From the NCBI GenBank assembly GCA_964016885.1, contig OZ024742.1:195858001-195922000 (forward strand): a stretch of 64,000 nucleotides of DNA, read 5' to 3'. Below, piece after piece: positions 63,296 through 64,000 of the stretch (positions are counted from its first letter, which is position 1; each line of letters begins with the position of its first letter). The translations under genes and the position numbers were made by a program. The DNA is from Eledone cirrhosa. Lineage: Eukaryota. The notes under the pieces were generated by a model. It was not told the DNA's origin. It made no database searches and saw only the letters and a list, made by a program, of their open reading frames with translations.

Positions 63296-63836
63296 GACTG
63301 GTAGATTCGAAAATCCAGCAGTCCTCTCAAAGATAAAATACACGCTGCCCCTAAGAGGGTAAGGGGAGGCCATCTTAAAATATAAAACAATATACACGCT
63401 GGTCATTTAAACTTGTTAGGTATTATAACCACGTGTTTAAGAAGTCAATTGGATATTAAAAGAATAACTATATGTATACACAATCAATGCCCACATAGGG
63501 ATATTAAAATATAATAAATACATGTAGGACCACTCATATACACACATAGTTATTCTCTAAGGCTAAATCAGACAGATCAGGAAGATCAATCAGTATTTCA
63601 TATAAAAAATAATAATAATAAATATATCTGGAAATCATATCCGGCCACCAAGAGTATATATTTAATACATTAACAGAGAAAGCCTTAAGCAATACTCTGA
63701 CCAACTCCATCTCACTCAACAAACATTAGGATATACCTAAGTATTTTCCCAATTTAGTATTTGGGGTGCTAACTAATCAGTATTTCGTGGATAGCTGTTT
63801 GTATTATTTTATATGCACACACACACACATCACACA

Positions 63837-63960
<124 letters not shown>

Positions 63961-63969
63961 TGTGGGTGT

Positions 63970-64000
<31 letters not shown>

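Overview
Repeat-saturated animal genomic DNA, most likely an octopod cephalopod (inferred from the tRNA-derived SINE family, the Dong/R4, RTE and Tx1 LINE mix and the microsatellite density; not verified). The only host coding sequence I can support is one 95-bp minus-strand exon (33559-33653) of a monoamine-oxidase-like gene, so the window is probably almost all intron. The rest is nested non-LTR retroelements: two copies of an RTE with three C-terminal C2H2 fingers plus two non-autonomous derivative families, three long and two partial L1/Tx1-like elements, five Dong/R4-like pieces, one CR1-group and one CRE-like fragment, Penelope-like relics with minimal hammerhead ribozymes, many SINEs, a tiny mariner-type MITE, and mini/microsatellites. 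The most notable observations are: (1) a conserved 52-53-nt GT-AG intron candidate over the ORF1 stop of all three long Tx1 copies, whose removal fuses ORF1 and ORF2 in frame; (2) an ORF1 swap with its breakpoint at that same site; (3) family-specific docking of retroelements into different microsatellites; (4) two minimal hammerheads, one with a compensated U3-A8 core behind a perfect 33-bp hairpin; (5) an inverted copy of a ~6.6-kb composite unit ending at the RTE 3' terminus. All alignments and identities were judged by eye, and element boundaries are approximate unless stated.
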